NCBI GenBank assembly: GCA_030603365.1
Contig: JAUVXV010000004.1
Location: forward strand, 256,001 to 320,000
Length of the DNA: 64,000 nucleotides
Direction of reading: 5' to 3'
DNA from: Candidatus Heimdallarchaeota archaeon
Lineage (GTDB): Archaea > Asgardarchaeota > Heimdallarchaeia > Heimdallarchaeales > Heimdallarchaeaceae
Part shown: in pieces, positions 42,027 through 51,700 of the stretch
Layout of the letters: each line of letters opens with the position of its first letter
Position numbering within the stretch: the first letter of the stretch is position 1
Translations under genes and position numbers: made by a program
Notes under the pieces: model-generated
What the model saw: the letters and a program-made list of their open reading frames with translations, nothing else
Database searches by the model: none
What the model was told of the DNA's origin: nothing

Positions 42027-43114
42027 CTATCAGGAAGGGGGAAACGAAGAAGTGCAGCTATTCCGCCTAAACTAGCTAATTGCTCTCCCGATTCATGATG
42101 AATTGACATGATAACTGTTTTTCCTCTCATTTTTGCATTTACATCTACCATTTCGTCAATCATTTGTCGTTTTTCTAAATCCTCAATACTTATTTGATTG
42201 TCACTGATTAGTAAAACATCGATAGCTCCTATTTCTAGTGCTTTTTTTACATTATCCAAACCATATGTTACTGTACCTGTTTCCTGACCTATTCTTTTGA
42301 AAATTTCATCAACTAACCTAGTTTCATATACAACTCTTTGCTCACTAGCTATCTTCTCTGGTAATTTCTTTGATAGAACTTCTTTTAGTCCTACCCTACC
42401 TCCTGTACTCACATGAACTCTGTTAATTTTTTCAGCTAGTGTTGGGTCTCGATTTTTTATAAATTCATGAAAATTTTCAGGAGTAAACCCTGGTCCAGCA
42501 AGTATGATAACCTCTGAAGAGTGCTTTTGTACGGTGTCTTGTATCAACTGTAATACTTCAGTAAAGAAATTTCCCATCTCACTGGAATGTTGCTTAATAT
42601 CACTGAATTTCCGTGTTACTGATGAGCTGAATTCGGAAATAATTTTTGTTGTAAATTGAGTTACTATTGCTATGCAAATACTATTATCTTCAATTGTTAC
42701 AACTAGTATCTGTGCAAGCATTGAAGCTTTTTCGACATCTTCAATAACTTTTTTCTCCATAGATGTCCAATTGACTTTTTGAATTCTGATTTTTTCCATT
42801 AAAGACAAAGAAATGGTGTGATATGAACCTAGTGAAACTAAATCTTCTTGTCCCGCTATGACTTTCCCCTTAAATCTCAGATTATCCCCAAATCCATGAA
42901 AAGCAAGTTCTTCTATCTCTACTTCTAGAACCATTTTGACTCTCTCCCCTGAATCGGCTCTCCCATCTTCATTATTTCTTCTAATTCGTCTTGATGTAGT
43001 GGCTCTAACTTTATCTCCTGCTTTAAGAATTCGATAAATTGCGTACAGATCATCAATATTTTCAGGGATGAGTTCAAGTATTCCATGTTTGTAATCTTTC
43101 TTAAGAATCTTCAT
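42023..43114 (-). CDS. pelA: mRNA surveillance protein Pelota
   Basis: PENIDDLY, GSYHTI, ILAGPGF and LGGIAALLRFP. Confidence 0.95.
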   Translation of the reverse strand: MKILKKDYKHGILELIPENIDDLYAIYRILKAGDKVRATTSRRIRRNNEDGRADSGERVKMVLEVEIEELAFHGFGDNLRFKGKVIAGQEDLVSLGSYHTISLSLMEKIRIQKVNWTSMEKKVIEDVEKASMLAQILVVTIEDNSICIAIVTQFTTKIISEFSSSVTRKFSDIKQHSSEMGNFFTEVLQLIQDTVQKHSSEVIILAGPGFTPENFHEFIKNRDPTLAEKINRVHVSTGGRVGLKEVLSKKLPEKIASEQRVVYETRLVDEIFKRIGQETGTVTYGLDNVKKALEIGAIDVLLISDNQISIEDLEKRQMIDEMVDVNAKMRGKTVIMSIHHESGEQLASLGGIAALLRFPLPDS

Positions 43115-43159
43115 TTCTATATCAGCTTCTGTACATATATTGGTAAATTTATTAATTTA

Positions 43160-43597
43160 CTACTTTTGATCTTCATGTTTTTCTTCATTTATCAGCGTAT
43201 AGAAGTCCGTGCCTTGATTTTTAAGATCATCAATAGCTACTCTATAGCTTCCCCCCTTGCTTTGAGTTAAGTCATCGGGTACAGAGAGGAATAAATAATC
43301 CATGCGTTTTCCTACGAACTTAACAGCAATGTAGGATTGTGCTCCTATTCGATCAGCAAATAGTTGTAATCCTTCTATTTGTTCTTTCTGTATGTAGAAA
43401 ACGTTTTGACGACTAGTTTTTATTTCTATAGCCAATAACATTCCTTTTTTTGCAGAACCTGCTAGAACATCAGGTCTAGGCATTTTACTTGTCCCTGAAG
43501 AGGAAGGAGCTCTCATGACGGCGAACCCATAGTCCCAAAAACGGTTAACCAATGTTCTTTCATAGTCTGTTGCTCTTTTTTTACTCAAACTAGCCAT
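43160..43597 (-). CDS. hjc: Holliday junction resolvase Hjc
   Basis: YERTLV...GFAVMRAPSS...PDVLAG...AIEIK. Confidence 0.93.
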   Translation of the reverse strand: MASLSKKRATDYERTLVNRFWDYGFAVMRAPSSSGTSKMPRPDVLAGSAKKGMLLAIEIKTSRQNVFYIQKEQIEGLQLFADRIGAQSYIAVKFVGKRMDYLFLSVPDDLTQSKGGSYRVAIDDLKNQGTDFYTLINEEKHEDQK

Positions 43598-43764
43598 CTC
43601 GAACTATTTTAGACTATTTGAATAGAACTTTGTGTGCTTTAAAAAGTTGTTTTTCATTAGAAGGTTATTCAGAAAAGTAGAAATACAAAACTGAAATTAA
43701 GGGATTAAAGTTATAGAAAATGGCACACGCAAAATGAAGTAATTCTGGTATTTAAATTTACAAA

Positions 43765-44223
43765 GTGAGTTTTATGAAATCTGAAAATCCTGAAATAAAG
43801 CCTATGAATGAAGAAGATATTACCAAAGTTTTTGATATAGAAAGGAAAAGCTTTCCATACCCTTTTGGTGAGATTTTAATAGGTAATATTTTTTTTGGAG
43901 CCCCTGAACTATGCTTTGTGATGGAATCTCAGAATGAGATTATTGGATTTGTTTTAGGGGGATATACTACCGTCCAAGGTCAAACCCACATTCTTTCAAT
44001 AGCTTTACTAGAAGAATATAGAAACAAAGGATGGGGTAGAGATTTATTGATTCATTTCATAAAGAGAACTGAAATTCTAGGTTATAAGAGTATTAAACTT
44101 GAAGTTCAGGTAGATAATGATAAAGCAATTCAGCTTTATGATACATTAGGATTCGATATTATTTCCAGAATTCGAAAATATTACCAAGATGATTCTGATG
44201 CTTTTTTGATGGTAAGGTCATAA
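43765..44223 (+). CDS. RimI/Ard1-family N-acetyltransferase
   Basis: HILSIAL, YRNKGWG, LEVQVDN..AIQLY and YYQDDSDA. Confidence 0.9.
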   Translation: MSFMKSENPEIKPMNEEDITKVFDIERKSFPYPFGEILIGNIFFGAPELCFVMESQNEIIGFVLGGYTTVQGQTHILSIALLEEYRNKGWGRDLLIHFIKRTEILGYKSIKLEVQVDNDKAIQLYDTLGFDIISRIRKYYQDDSDAFLMVRS

Positions 44224-44227
44224 TTGC

Positions 44228-45469
44228 TTATTTCATTACTTCCCTCAAGAATTCTGTTGCATATGACCCTCGTTTTAACTCAAAAGAAATCTTGGCTATA
44301 CTTTTTCCTTCATTTAGTTCATCAGGCTCTGTTTCAATCAATTTCAGTTTTTCTGGTTTCATTCTAATTGATCTAAAGGTACCAGTTCCCCCTAGTTTTT
44401 TTGATAATGGTTTTGAGAAGTCGTTAAATGAAACTGTTTCTTTATCTAAAATCTTATCGTAAATTTCTTCTACTGCTCCAGTTAGTTCAATCTTGCTTCC
44501 AATCATAGGCGCATATACTATATTATCAGATATTTTTTCTCCATCTATTGGTATAGCTAGATTTTTACTGTATTCCATATATCTTCTAGTAAGATATTTG
44601 TTGAAGAGATATGATTGATATGCATGAATGAATAATTTTTGGAGTTGAGCAGGTAATGAAAATAATACTTGCTTATAGTCATTATTTGTTTTTTGAAGTC
44701 CTTTTAACAATTTCCTTTCAATTTGTAGATGATTAGGTAAATGTTCAAGTGTTTCCTGTATGTCTCCTGTTTCCCAATAGATTTTTCTTGAGCGTTGGGA
44801 GTTTTTTGATTCTTCTTTGAAGGTTCTTCCAATGTATTCTTTAATTGCAGCTTTAATGTCTCCAAGAAGAAGTTGTTCTCCGACCCTATGAGTTATTGGT
44901 CTTACATCTCCAAATCGTTGTTGACCAAATCCATTGAGTATCCCACCCATAATCTCAATCTCCTTGAAAGTTTCTCTAAGTCTGGATTTTATTGTGGGTT
45001 CATCTAGAGGAATATTTCTAATTATAACTTCAAAAAAGTTACCCCAAAGGTTTCCTAGTCGTAGTTCTTTTATTCTTAGGCACATAGACCTCGTTTTTAT
45101 CTTTGGTAGATCAAGTTGGTGCACTTTACCCTCATCTAGACGTTCTTTTATACCCCAAACTGAAACTCTTTGAGCAGTTAGGGCTTTCTTATCCTTTGAT
45201 CCAGCTATTCCTATGTTGTTTCTAGGGATTTTCCAAATCTTAGATAACCAATCAAGGGCATCAGATGTGTCAATATTATTCTTAATTAGAACAAAATGAA
45301 CAAAAAGTCCTTTTTTCCCTTCAAGTTTGAAGGTTTTATTTCTTGGATCTAGAACCTCTAAGTCTTGTGTAATTTCTCCCACAATGAAGTCTTCTGATTT
45401 CTGTTTAATGTCTCCTCCAATTCCTTCTGTTTTAGTAATAGCAGGAGTTAATAAGAAAGATGAAGACAA
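44228..45469 (-). CDS. truD: tRNA pseudouridine(13) synthase TruD
   Basis: EDFIVGE, AGSKDKKALTAQ, GNLWGNFF, FGQQRFG and GSYAT. Confidence 0.95.
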   Translation of the reverse strand: MSSSFLLTPAITKTEGIGGDIKQKSEDFIVGEITQDLEVLDPRNKTFKLEGKKGLFVHFVLIKNNIDTSDALDWLSKIWKIPRNNIGIAGSKDKKALTAQRVSVWGIKERLDEGKVHQLDLPKIKTRSMCLRIKELRLGNLWGNFFEVIIRNIPLDEPTIKSRLRETFKEIEIMGGILNGFGQQRFGDVRPITHRVGEQLLLGDIKAAIKEYIGRTFKEESKNSQRSRKIYWETGDIQETLEHLPNHLQIERKLLKGLQKTNNDYKQVLFSLPAQLQKLFIHAYQSYLFNKYLTRRYMEYSKNLAIPIDGEKISDNIVYAPMIGSKIELTGAVEEIYDKILDKETVSFNDFSKPLSKKLGGTGTFRSIRMKPEKLKLIETEPDELNEGKSIAKISFELKRGSYATEFLREVMK

Positions 45470-45488
45470 TTTATTTCCCTACTTTTGA

Positions 45489-45848
45489 TTATAATAGTGT
45501 CAGGTCTTCTGAAATTTTATTTATGAGTTCTTCACGTGAGGGACCTATTCCAATTACTGTAGTTGTACCTGGTGGAAGTTGTGTTAAACCTGCATCGTTA
45601 ATAACTGCATAAGGAATGTTTGCTTTTCTTGCTACTTCTGCAAGTTTATGTATTTCCTCTTCAGAACTGATTTTAACGGTAATTTTTTTCTGTCCTTCAG
45701 ACAACCAATTATCTGCCCAATCTGGATAGCGTTTCTTGGTTTTTACATATGCTGATACAGAACCGTGCGCTGTTTGTACAGCAATTTTACCTTTTGACAT
45801 TTTTAAGTCTGTACGAACTGCAATCACTTGTTTATACTTGAAACTCAT
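45489..45848 (-). CDS. pth2: Peptidyl-tRNA hydrolase Pth2
   Basis: KQVIAVRTDLKMSKGK, GQKKI, DAGLTQ and IGIGP. Confidence 0.95.
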   Translation of the reverse strand: MSFKYKQVIAVRTDLKMSKGKIAVQTAHGSVSAYVKTKKRYPDWADNWLSEGQKKITVKISSEEEIHKLAEVARKANIPYAVINDAGLTQLPPGTTTVIGIGPSREELINKISEDLTLL

Positions 45849-45979
45849 ACGGACATATCTCAAATTTTAGCTATAAAATCATAGCGATAAGTTGTAACAT
45901 ATTCTAAAAAGAAATTACAGTAAGAACGATTCTTCCTAATGTCCTCTATTAACATGAACTCATGGGTTCGAAGTATGTT

Positions 45980-46483
45980 TTAGACAAACTCGATGTAAGC
46001 ATGTGTGTTGAGAACTGATGTAACAGTTTGTACTACAATTTCTTCCGGTATTGGAAGATCATTTTTGTAATTTTTAGAAATTTCAATTTTGTACTCTTTA
46101 TCACTGAATGGTGGTATATAAAGAGTAGTTACATTCAGAACAGGTATCGGATCTACTAGACTTTCAACTAGTTTTTTTGGATCATTTGTTTTTTCAAGAA
46201 AACGTACTTGCTTTTGAGTATATTCCTTTATTTTGTCAATTATCTCTGGAGAAGACAAAATAGGTACATCCTGTTTTCTTGTAATTATCATAACAACATC
46301 AGATAATTCATACGATGAATAAAATGTGATATTCTTTAGGTCTTTATTAGATTTAGACATATCAATTAGCAATTTAGAAAGTTCGATATCTGCGTCTGAA
46401 ATTCTACCTTCTCTGTGAAGTTGCTTACATTTTCTGCAGAGTGTATTGGTTTGAGCATCAATTGTACAAATAGGTAGTTTCAA
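45980..46483 (-). CDS. NusA-like (Zn-finger/KH) transcription factor
   Basis: MKLPICTIDAQTNTLCRKC..EGRISDADIELSK matches the N-terminus of the archaeal NusA-like paralog. Confidence 0.7.
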   Translation of the reverse strand: MKLPICTIDAQTNTLCRKCKQLHREGRISDADIELSKLLIDMSKSNKDLKNITFYSSYELSDVVMIITRKQDVPILSSPEIIDKIKEYTQKQVRFLEKTNDPKKLVESLVDPIPVLNVTTLYIPPFSDKEYKIEISKNYKNDLPIPEEIVVQTVTSVLNTHAYIEFV

Positions 46484-46603
46484 TAAGTAAACACCAATAA
46501 TTATTTCTGTTATAGTGTTTAGTGTATAGTTTTAAGAATTGTGAATACTGTGTGTAAATTATTACTAAATAATAGTGAATTCAAAGAGGAATTCTTTGAT
46601 TTT

Positions 46604-47503
46604 CTAAATCAATCCTCTTTCCATAAGTATTTTGAATTCATCGAGAGTTAATTTTGCTCCGTCTTTATATCTTACCAGAATTTCTTCAGCTTTACCATCA
46701 AGTCTTTGCTCTCTAACTTTCTTAGCTTCCACCTTTCTAGCTTTACGGGCGGCATATACTTGTTCTCCAAGTTCACTTGAGACTTTCTTAACTGCTTGAG
46801 TAAGTCCATCTAATTCTTTACGAATACCACTTATAGTTGAGCTCAAAGCTATGATCTCTGCATGAGATTCATCAGCTTCTTCTTTGATTTTCTTAGCTTC
46901 TTTTGTTGCTGCAATCATTTTTTCTTGATGAATCTGAGATTCTTGTGCTAATGTAGTAACACTTGTATGATATGTTTTGATTTCTGTTTGCATATGACGA
47001 AGTTTGGTTTGTATGTCTCTAAATTCACTTCTCAGATCTTTAAATTGTTCTAATTTTTCAAATTCTGAACTTAGTTCTTCAAGTTGTTGTAAAGTTTGTT
47101 TTTCCATTTCCTTCGTTAAAAAGGGTGTAGTTTCCAATTGTCTTTCAAGACGACGAATTCTGTCCCCCACTCTTCTATTCTTAGGAACACTTATGTTTTT
47201 CAGCTGTGAACCAAGCTCAATGATTCTTTTTCCTATTTTATCTGCATCCTCACGAAGAATGTCTCGCATTTGCTTTCGAATTTGAACTTCCTCATTGATT
47301 TGGTCTCGTTTATCCTTAGAATTTCTAGCTCCCTCAAAAAGTTCTCTAGATAATTGATTGTTTTTATCTCTTATACTTCGTAATCCGTCTCTTTTAGAGT
47401 TGCATGATCTGAGCTTGTCAATTAATTTTTTTCGTCTTAGTCGAATCTCAGTAAGATATTCTCTCTTCTCGTCCAAGCTCATTTCTTCTGTTTCCGTACT
47501 CAT
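46604..47503 (-). CDS. Archaeal coiled-coil protein (COG1340-like)
   Basis: Continuous heptads, RRLERQLETT and C-terminal GAKLTLDEF. Confidence 0.8.
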   Translation of the reverse strand: MSTETEEMSLDEKREYLTEIRLRRKKLIDKLRSCNSKRDGLRSIRDKNNQLSRELFEGARNSKDKRDQINEEVQIRKQMRDILREDADKIGKRIIELGSQLKNISVPKNRRVGDRIRRLERQLETTPFLTKEMEKQTLQQLEELSSEFEKLEQFKDLRSEFRDIQTKLRHMQTEIKTYHTSVTTLAQESQIHQEKMIAATKEAKKIKEEADESHAEIIALSSTISGIRKELDGLTQAVKKVSSELGEQVYAARKARKVEAKKVREQRLDGKAEEILVRYKDGAKLTLDEFKILMERGLI

Positions 47504-47636
47504 CGTTAGTTCACATTGGGTGGAATTACATGTACCGTATCGGTTAAACCTATCTACGAAGAAGATAAATTCAATTTAAATTTTTTGACAACATACTGTG
47601 TCTTTTTTTTCAGAAAATTGAGTGCCCTTTTTGCAT

Positions 47637-47795
47637 TTATTTTTTGTTTGATCTTTTCATTCTCAGTTGTTTAGATCGGCATTTACGACATTTAGTTGCT
47701 GTTAATGGATTTGTAGCATAACATTTACGACAAACTTTTTTTTCCATGATATGTGATCTTGCTATAGCTCTATATTCTGGGTTTGTTACTGGCAC
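47637..47795 (-). CDS. rpl40e: 50S ribosomal protein L40e (52 aa, absent from the ORF track)
   Basis: GTG start after a GAGGTGA SD. MPVTNPEYRAIARSHIMEKKVCRKCYATNPLTATKCRKCRSKQLRMKRSNKK has the L40e zinc finger. Confidence 0.95.
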   Translation of the reverse strand: MPVTNPEYRAIARSHIMEKKVCRKCYATNPLTATKCRKCRSKQLRMKRSNKK

Positions 47796-47906
47796 TAAGG
47801 CTCACCTCAATTGTTCTGTTTGTTTGCAATTAACAGTCTAATAAAAGCATTTCTATTAATAGCAAAAGTTATATAATTTTGAAGATTACTAGTTGAATTT
47901 AAGAGT

Positions 47907-48353
47907 TTAAATATACCTGTATTGAAACTTCTCTTTAACAAAATCAAGCAACTCTTCAAGCTTTACCCAGTCTTTTTCCCCCTTCATAGCTAGGACGGTC
48001 TCTATTTCTTCTTTGTAATCACGTAAATCCTTGATATCTGCAATAAAAGTATTAATCTCTTCTTTATTTGTATTAATTTTTTCTGGGATATCATCAAAAG
48101 ATATGCTTATGTCTAAAACCGTTAAATCTTCATTTTCTTTTGCAATGAGCAATGCCGTAACTTCAGTGTCGAGTTTCTGTATTCGTGAATTTAATGATAG
48201 AATTCTTTGATTAATCATTACCAACAAATCTTCAGCGCGAGATGATAGGGGATTTTTATCTTCTTTCTTACGTTTAACTATGAAGACTATTATTGCTATT
48301 ATCAATAATAATCCCAAACTAACCCCCAGTGCTATGTAAAAAGCAATATTCAT
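47907..48353 (-). CDS. Membrane-anchored coiled-coil hypothetical protein
   Basis: N-terminal TM and KRKK followed by heptads. Confidence 0.7.
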   Translation of the reverse strand: MNIAFYIALGVSLGLLLIIAIIVFIVKRKKEDKNPLSSRAEDLLVMINQRILSLNSRIQKLDTEVTALLIAKENEDLTVLDISISFDDIPEKINTNKEEINTFIADIKDLRDYKEEIETVLAMKGEKDWVKLEELLDFVKEKFQYRYI

Positions 48354-48497
48354 TTTATCAAGTAAAATTTAGTACGAGGCTATTTAAACTTAAGCAAATC
48401 ATTTCATTTCTTGAAATTACTACTCAACTTTTTGACCTAACAATTTGAATTTGTGTAATATGGGAACTTTTTTATTTCATACTTTGTTATAGAATAT

Positions 48498-48783
48498 AGA
48501 ACTGAATAATATAGTTCGACATATTAAACAGCCAGGTAAAGAATACCTGAAACGTTAATGTGAGTTTACAAAATAAAATGATGGATAAAACTCACCCTAT
48601 CACGATTACAATCAAATTACTTTACATTACCTATACAAACAAGTGTGATAAATGAAAAAAAGTATAATTTAGTTTTAACTAAATTTTATTAAAGTTAAAG
48701 TAGGGTAGGAGTTTATAGGTTTTCCATCGTTTTGTTGTAAGCTAAAGTTACCAAAATACAAAGCAACACATAAGGTGAAATAA
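48498..48783 (+). promoter_or_regulatory. Putative structured 5' leader of dnaG
   Basis: Nested complementary arms at 48563-48600 and 48700-48743 with G-U pairs, plus flanking hairpins. Confidence 0.5.
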
Positions 48784-50403
48784 ATGGGTGTTAAAACAGA
48801 TAACTCAACAACAAAATACGAAATACGTGCATCTTTTGATATTGATGGTATTGTAGAAAAACCAGATATTATCGGAGGAATTTATGGACAAACGGATGGA
48901 TTACTTAGTGAAAATCTAGATATCCGTGAGCTCCAAAAAACAGGCAGAATAGGAAGGATTAATGTTGAGCTTAGTAGTAGAGGAGGAAAAACTTCAGGGA
49001 GAATTTTTATTCCTACAAGTTTATCTCGTATGGAAACTGCCATATTAGCTGCAACTCTTGAGACAGTTGATCGCGTAGGACCATGCAATTGTGCGATAAA
49101 ACTCGAAGAAATAGTAGATGTGAGAATTAGTAAGCGTCAGAGCATTGTTGATCGTGCATCTGAAATTATTAGACAATGGGACCAAAATGTTAGTCCATTT
49201 TCTACAAACATTAGTTCAGCAGTAGAAAAATCAGCTAAAGCAAGTCATGTAGTAAGTATCAGTGATGAAGGATTTTCTGCAGGACCTGGTTTTGAGAAAC
49301 AAAAGAAGATTATTCTCGTTGAAGGTAGAGCTGATGTTGTTAATCTCCTCAAATATGGGGTTGATAACACAGTAGCAGTAAATGGAACTAGTATTCCTCC
49401 AAAATTGATTAAGTTAATCTCAAAGAAAACAGTAACTGCATTTTTAGATGGGGACAGAGGTGGAGATCTTATACTCAAAGAACTTCTACAAGTTTCCCAC
49501 GTAGAATATGTAGCTCGAGCTCCTCTTGGAAAAGAAGTAGAAGATTTGAATAAGAAAGAAGTTAGTAAAGCTTTAGGTGACGCTGTTCAATTAGATAAAG
49601 CTATATTCCTTACTGGAACAGATGAGGGACTTACAGTTCAAGAATTTCTTGAAAAATCAAAACCTCAGAAAAAGAAACTTCGATTAGGATCTAAATCTAA
49701 AAAAGCAGCTTTATTTAAGAAAGATAAGGCAAAACTAAAAGAAGCAACTGTAAAGGTTATAAAATCAACTCCAGTATCTCGTAAAACAGAAATTAAATCA
49801 ACAAAACCTGTACCAAAAGATACTAGACCTAAAACAGATCGTGAAGTAGAACGTCCTACTAGAAAACCTGTTTCAGAGAAACCAGCTATTCCAAGAAAGC
49901 CAATAACAACAAGACGTACTCCTACTCAAACACGAGGACCTGGAAGACCTCCAGTACGATCTTCGAGTCATTCCTCTTCAACTAGGTCTTATAGTAGACC
50001 TCCAAGTAGATCTTCAAGCAGACCTCAAAGTAGGTCCTCCGGTAGACCCTCTGGACGTCCCAGCTCTCGAACTGGATCATCATCAAGACCCCCAAGAAGG
50101 GAAATAAGAAAGGTCGAATTACCCGAATATCTCTCAAAAGCTGTTAAGGAAATCAAAACTAAGCTTGAAGCAGTTATTTTTGATGAATCAGATAAAGAGA
50201 TTCTACGAAGTTCAGCTGCAGAAGTTTTTGATAATTTAGGCAAAATCGAGAAGGGTAAAGTACTAGTTATAGATGGTGTGATTACCCAAAGATTACTTGA
50301 AAGATCTAAGGAAAAAGGGATTTCAACAGTAATTGGAGCTCGACAAGGTGAGATTTCAAAGAAACCAACAAACGTGAAACTTATTGAATTTAAGCACGTT
50401 TAA
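48784..50403 (+). CDS. dnaG: Archaeal DnaG (exosome-associated) with long basic low-complexity linker
   Basis: GIVEKPDIIGGIYGQTDGLL, ELQKTGRIGRI, toprim VEGRADV and FLDGDRGG, C-terminal DGVITQRLL. Confidence 0.95.
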   Translation: MGVKTDNSTTKYEIRASFDIDGIVEKPDIIGGIYGQTDGLLSENLDIRELQKTGRIGRINVELSSRGGKTSGRIFIPTSLSRMETAILAATLETVDRVGPCNCAIKLEEIVDVRISKRQSIVDRASEIIRQWDQNVSPFSTNISSAVEKSAKASHVVSISDEGFSAGPGFEKQKKIILVEGRADVVNLLKYGVDNTVAVNGTSIPPKLIKLISKKTVTAFLDGDRGGDLILKELLQVSHVEYVARAPLGKEVEDLNKKEVSKALGDAVQLDKAIFLTGTDEGLTVQEFLEKSKPQKKKLRLGSKSKKAALFKKDKAKLKEATVKVIKSTPVSRKTEIKSTKPVPKDTRPKTDREVERPTRKPVSEKPAIPRKPITTRRTPTQTRGPGRPPVRSSSHSSSTRSYSRPPSRSSSRPQSRSSGRPSGRPSSRTGSSSRPPRREIRKVELPEYLSKAVKEIKTKLEAVIFDESDKEILRSSAAEVFDNLGKIEKGKVLVIDGVITQRLLERSKEKGISTVIGARQGEISKKPTNVKLIEFKHV

Positions 50404-50560
50404 TCCTTTCTTTTTTTTTCTCCATAATATTTATGAATTGGTTTTAAATATTAAATATGAGATGATGCCCTTGGAATATCAATAACTCTAAACACGAATT
50501 CTTTTACTTATGTTATGATAAAATTGGCGTCCTCTGATTCTATTCTAAAAATTCAGGTGA

Positions 50561-51634
50561 TTGTGTATGACCATTGAGGATAAGGTAAAATTAGTTGTTA
50601 AAAATACTGAAGAAGTAATTCTTGAGTCTGAAATACAAGAAATGCTAGAAAGAAAGAAAACACCTAAAACATATATTGGCTTTGAATTATCTGGTTTAGT
50701 TCACCTAGGAACTGGAATTGTGTGTGGCAATAAGCTTAAGGATCTTATTAAAGCAGGTTTTGAAACAATTGTGTTTTTAGCTGATTGGCATAGCTGGATA
50801 AACAACAAACTTGGTGCTGATATGGAAAAAATCCAGCTCGCTGGGGAATATTTCAAAAAAGCTTTCGAGTCTGTTGGTGTTAAAGGTTCAAATGTGAAAT
50901 ATATCTGGGGTTCAGAGTTAGTAGAAAAGATTACTTATTGGGAGAAAGTAGTAAGAGTAGCTAAGTCTAATTCATTAACTAGGATGCTTCGTACTCTCCC
51001 AATTATGGGTAGAAAGTCTGAAGGCGAACTTGAATCAGCATTCCTGTACTATCCTGCAATGCAAGTGGCAGATATTTTTGATATGGAGATTGATTTAGCA
51101 TATGGAGGTATGGATCAAAGGAAAGCTCATATGCTTGCTCGTGATACTGCAGAGAAATTAGGAATACCTAAGCCGACGTGCATACACACTCCACTTCTAA
51201 CTGGATTGCAGGGATATGGTAAGAAAATGGATGCTGAAATATTGCCGGATTTATCTGATCAAATTGATGTCAAGATGTCCAAATCAAGACCGGAAACCTG
51301 TATATTTATCCATGATTCCGAAGAAAAAATTAAGGAAAAGCTAAAGAAAGCAAACTGTCCTCCTAAACAGGTAGTAGCTAATCCTGTAACAGAAATAGTT
51401 CAATATATTTTCTTCGATGCACTTGACGAATTTAAGATAGAGAGAGAAGAAAAATTTGGAGGAGACATGTCCTATCAATCATTTGATTCTTTTAGACAAG
51501 ATTATGTTGAAGGGAAAATTCATCCTCAAGACCTCAAGACCAATGTTGCTAGAACACTTAATCAACTCTTAAAACCTTCAAGAAGTTATTTTGATAACCA
51601 TGAGGATATTATTGAGGAAGTGAAAAAGCTTTAA
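50561..51634 (+). CDS. tyrS: Tyrosyl-tRNA synthetase
   Basis: YIGFELSGLVHLG, YPAMQVADI, GGMDQRKAH, KMSKS and HPQDLK. Confidence 0.95.
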   Translation: MCMTIEDKVKLVVKNTEEVILESEIQEMLERKKTPKTYIGFELSGLVHLGTGIVCGNKLKDLIKAGFETIVFLADWHSWINNKLGADMEKIQLAGEYFKKAFESVGVKGSNVKYIWGSELVEKITYWEKVVRVAKSNSLTRMLRTLPIMGRKSEGELESAFLYYPAMQVADIFDMEIDLAYGGMDQRKAHMLARDTAEKLGIPKPTCIHTPLLTGLQGYGKKMDAEILPDLSDQIDVKMSKSRPETCIFIHDSEEKIKEKLKKANCPPKQVVANPVTEIVQYIFFDALDEFKIEREEKFGGDMSYQSFDSFRQDYVEGKIHPQDLKTNVARTLNQLLKPSRSYFDNHEDIIEEVKKL

Positions 51635-51700
51635 CTTGTTTTCTTGTGCATGAAATAGTAAATGACAAAAAAGTTCAATACAGAAGTAAACAGATGGAAT

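Noticed and set aside
48354-48783. Replication origin next to dnaG
   Set aside because: No ORB-like repeats or cdc6/orc gene, and archaeal DnaG is an exosome subunit. The pairing pattern fits RNA structure better.
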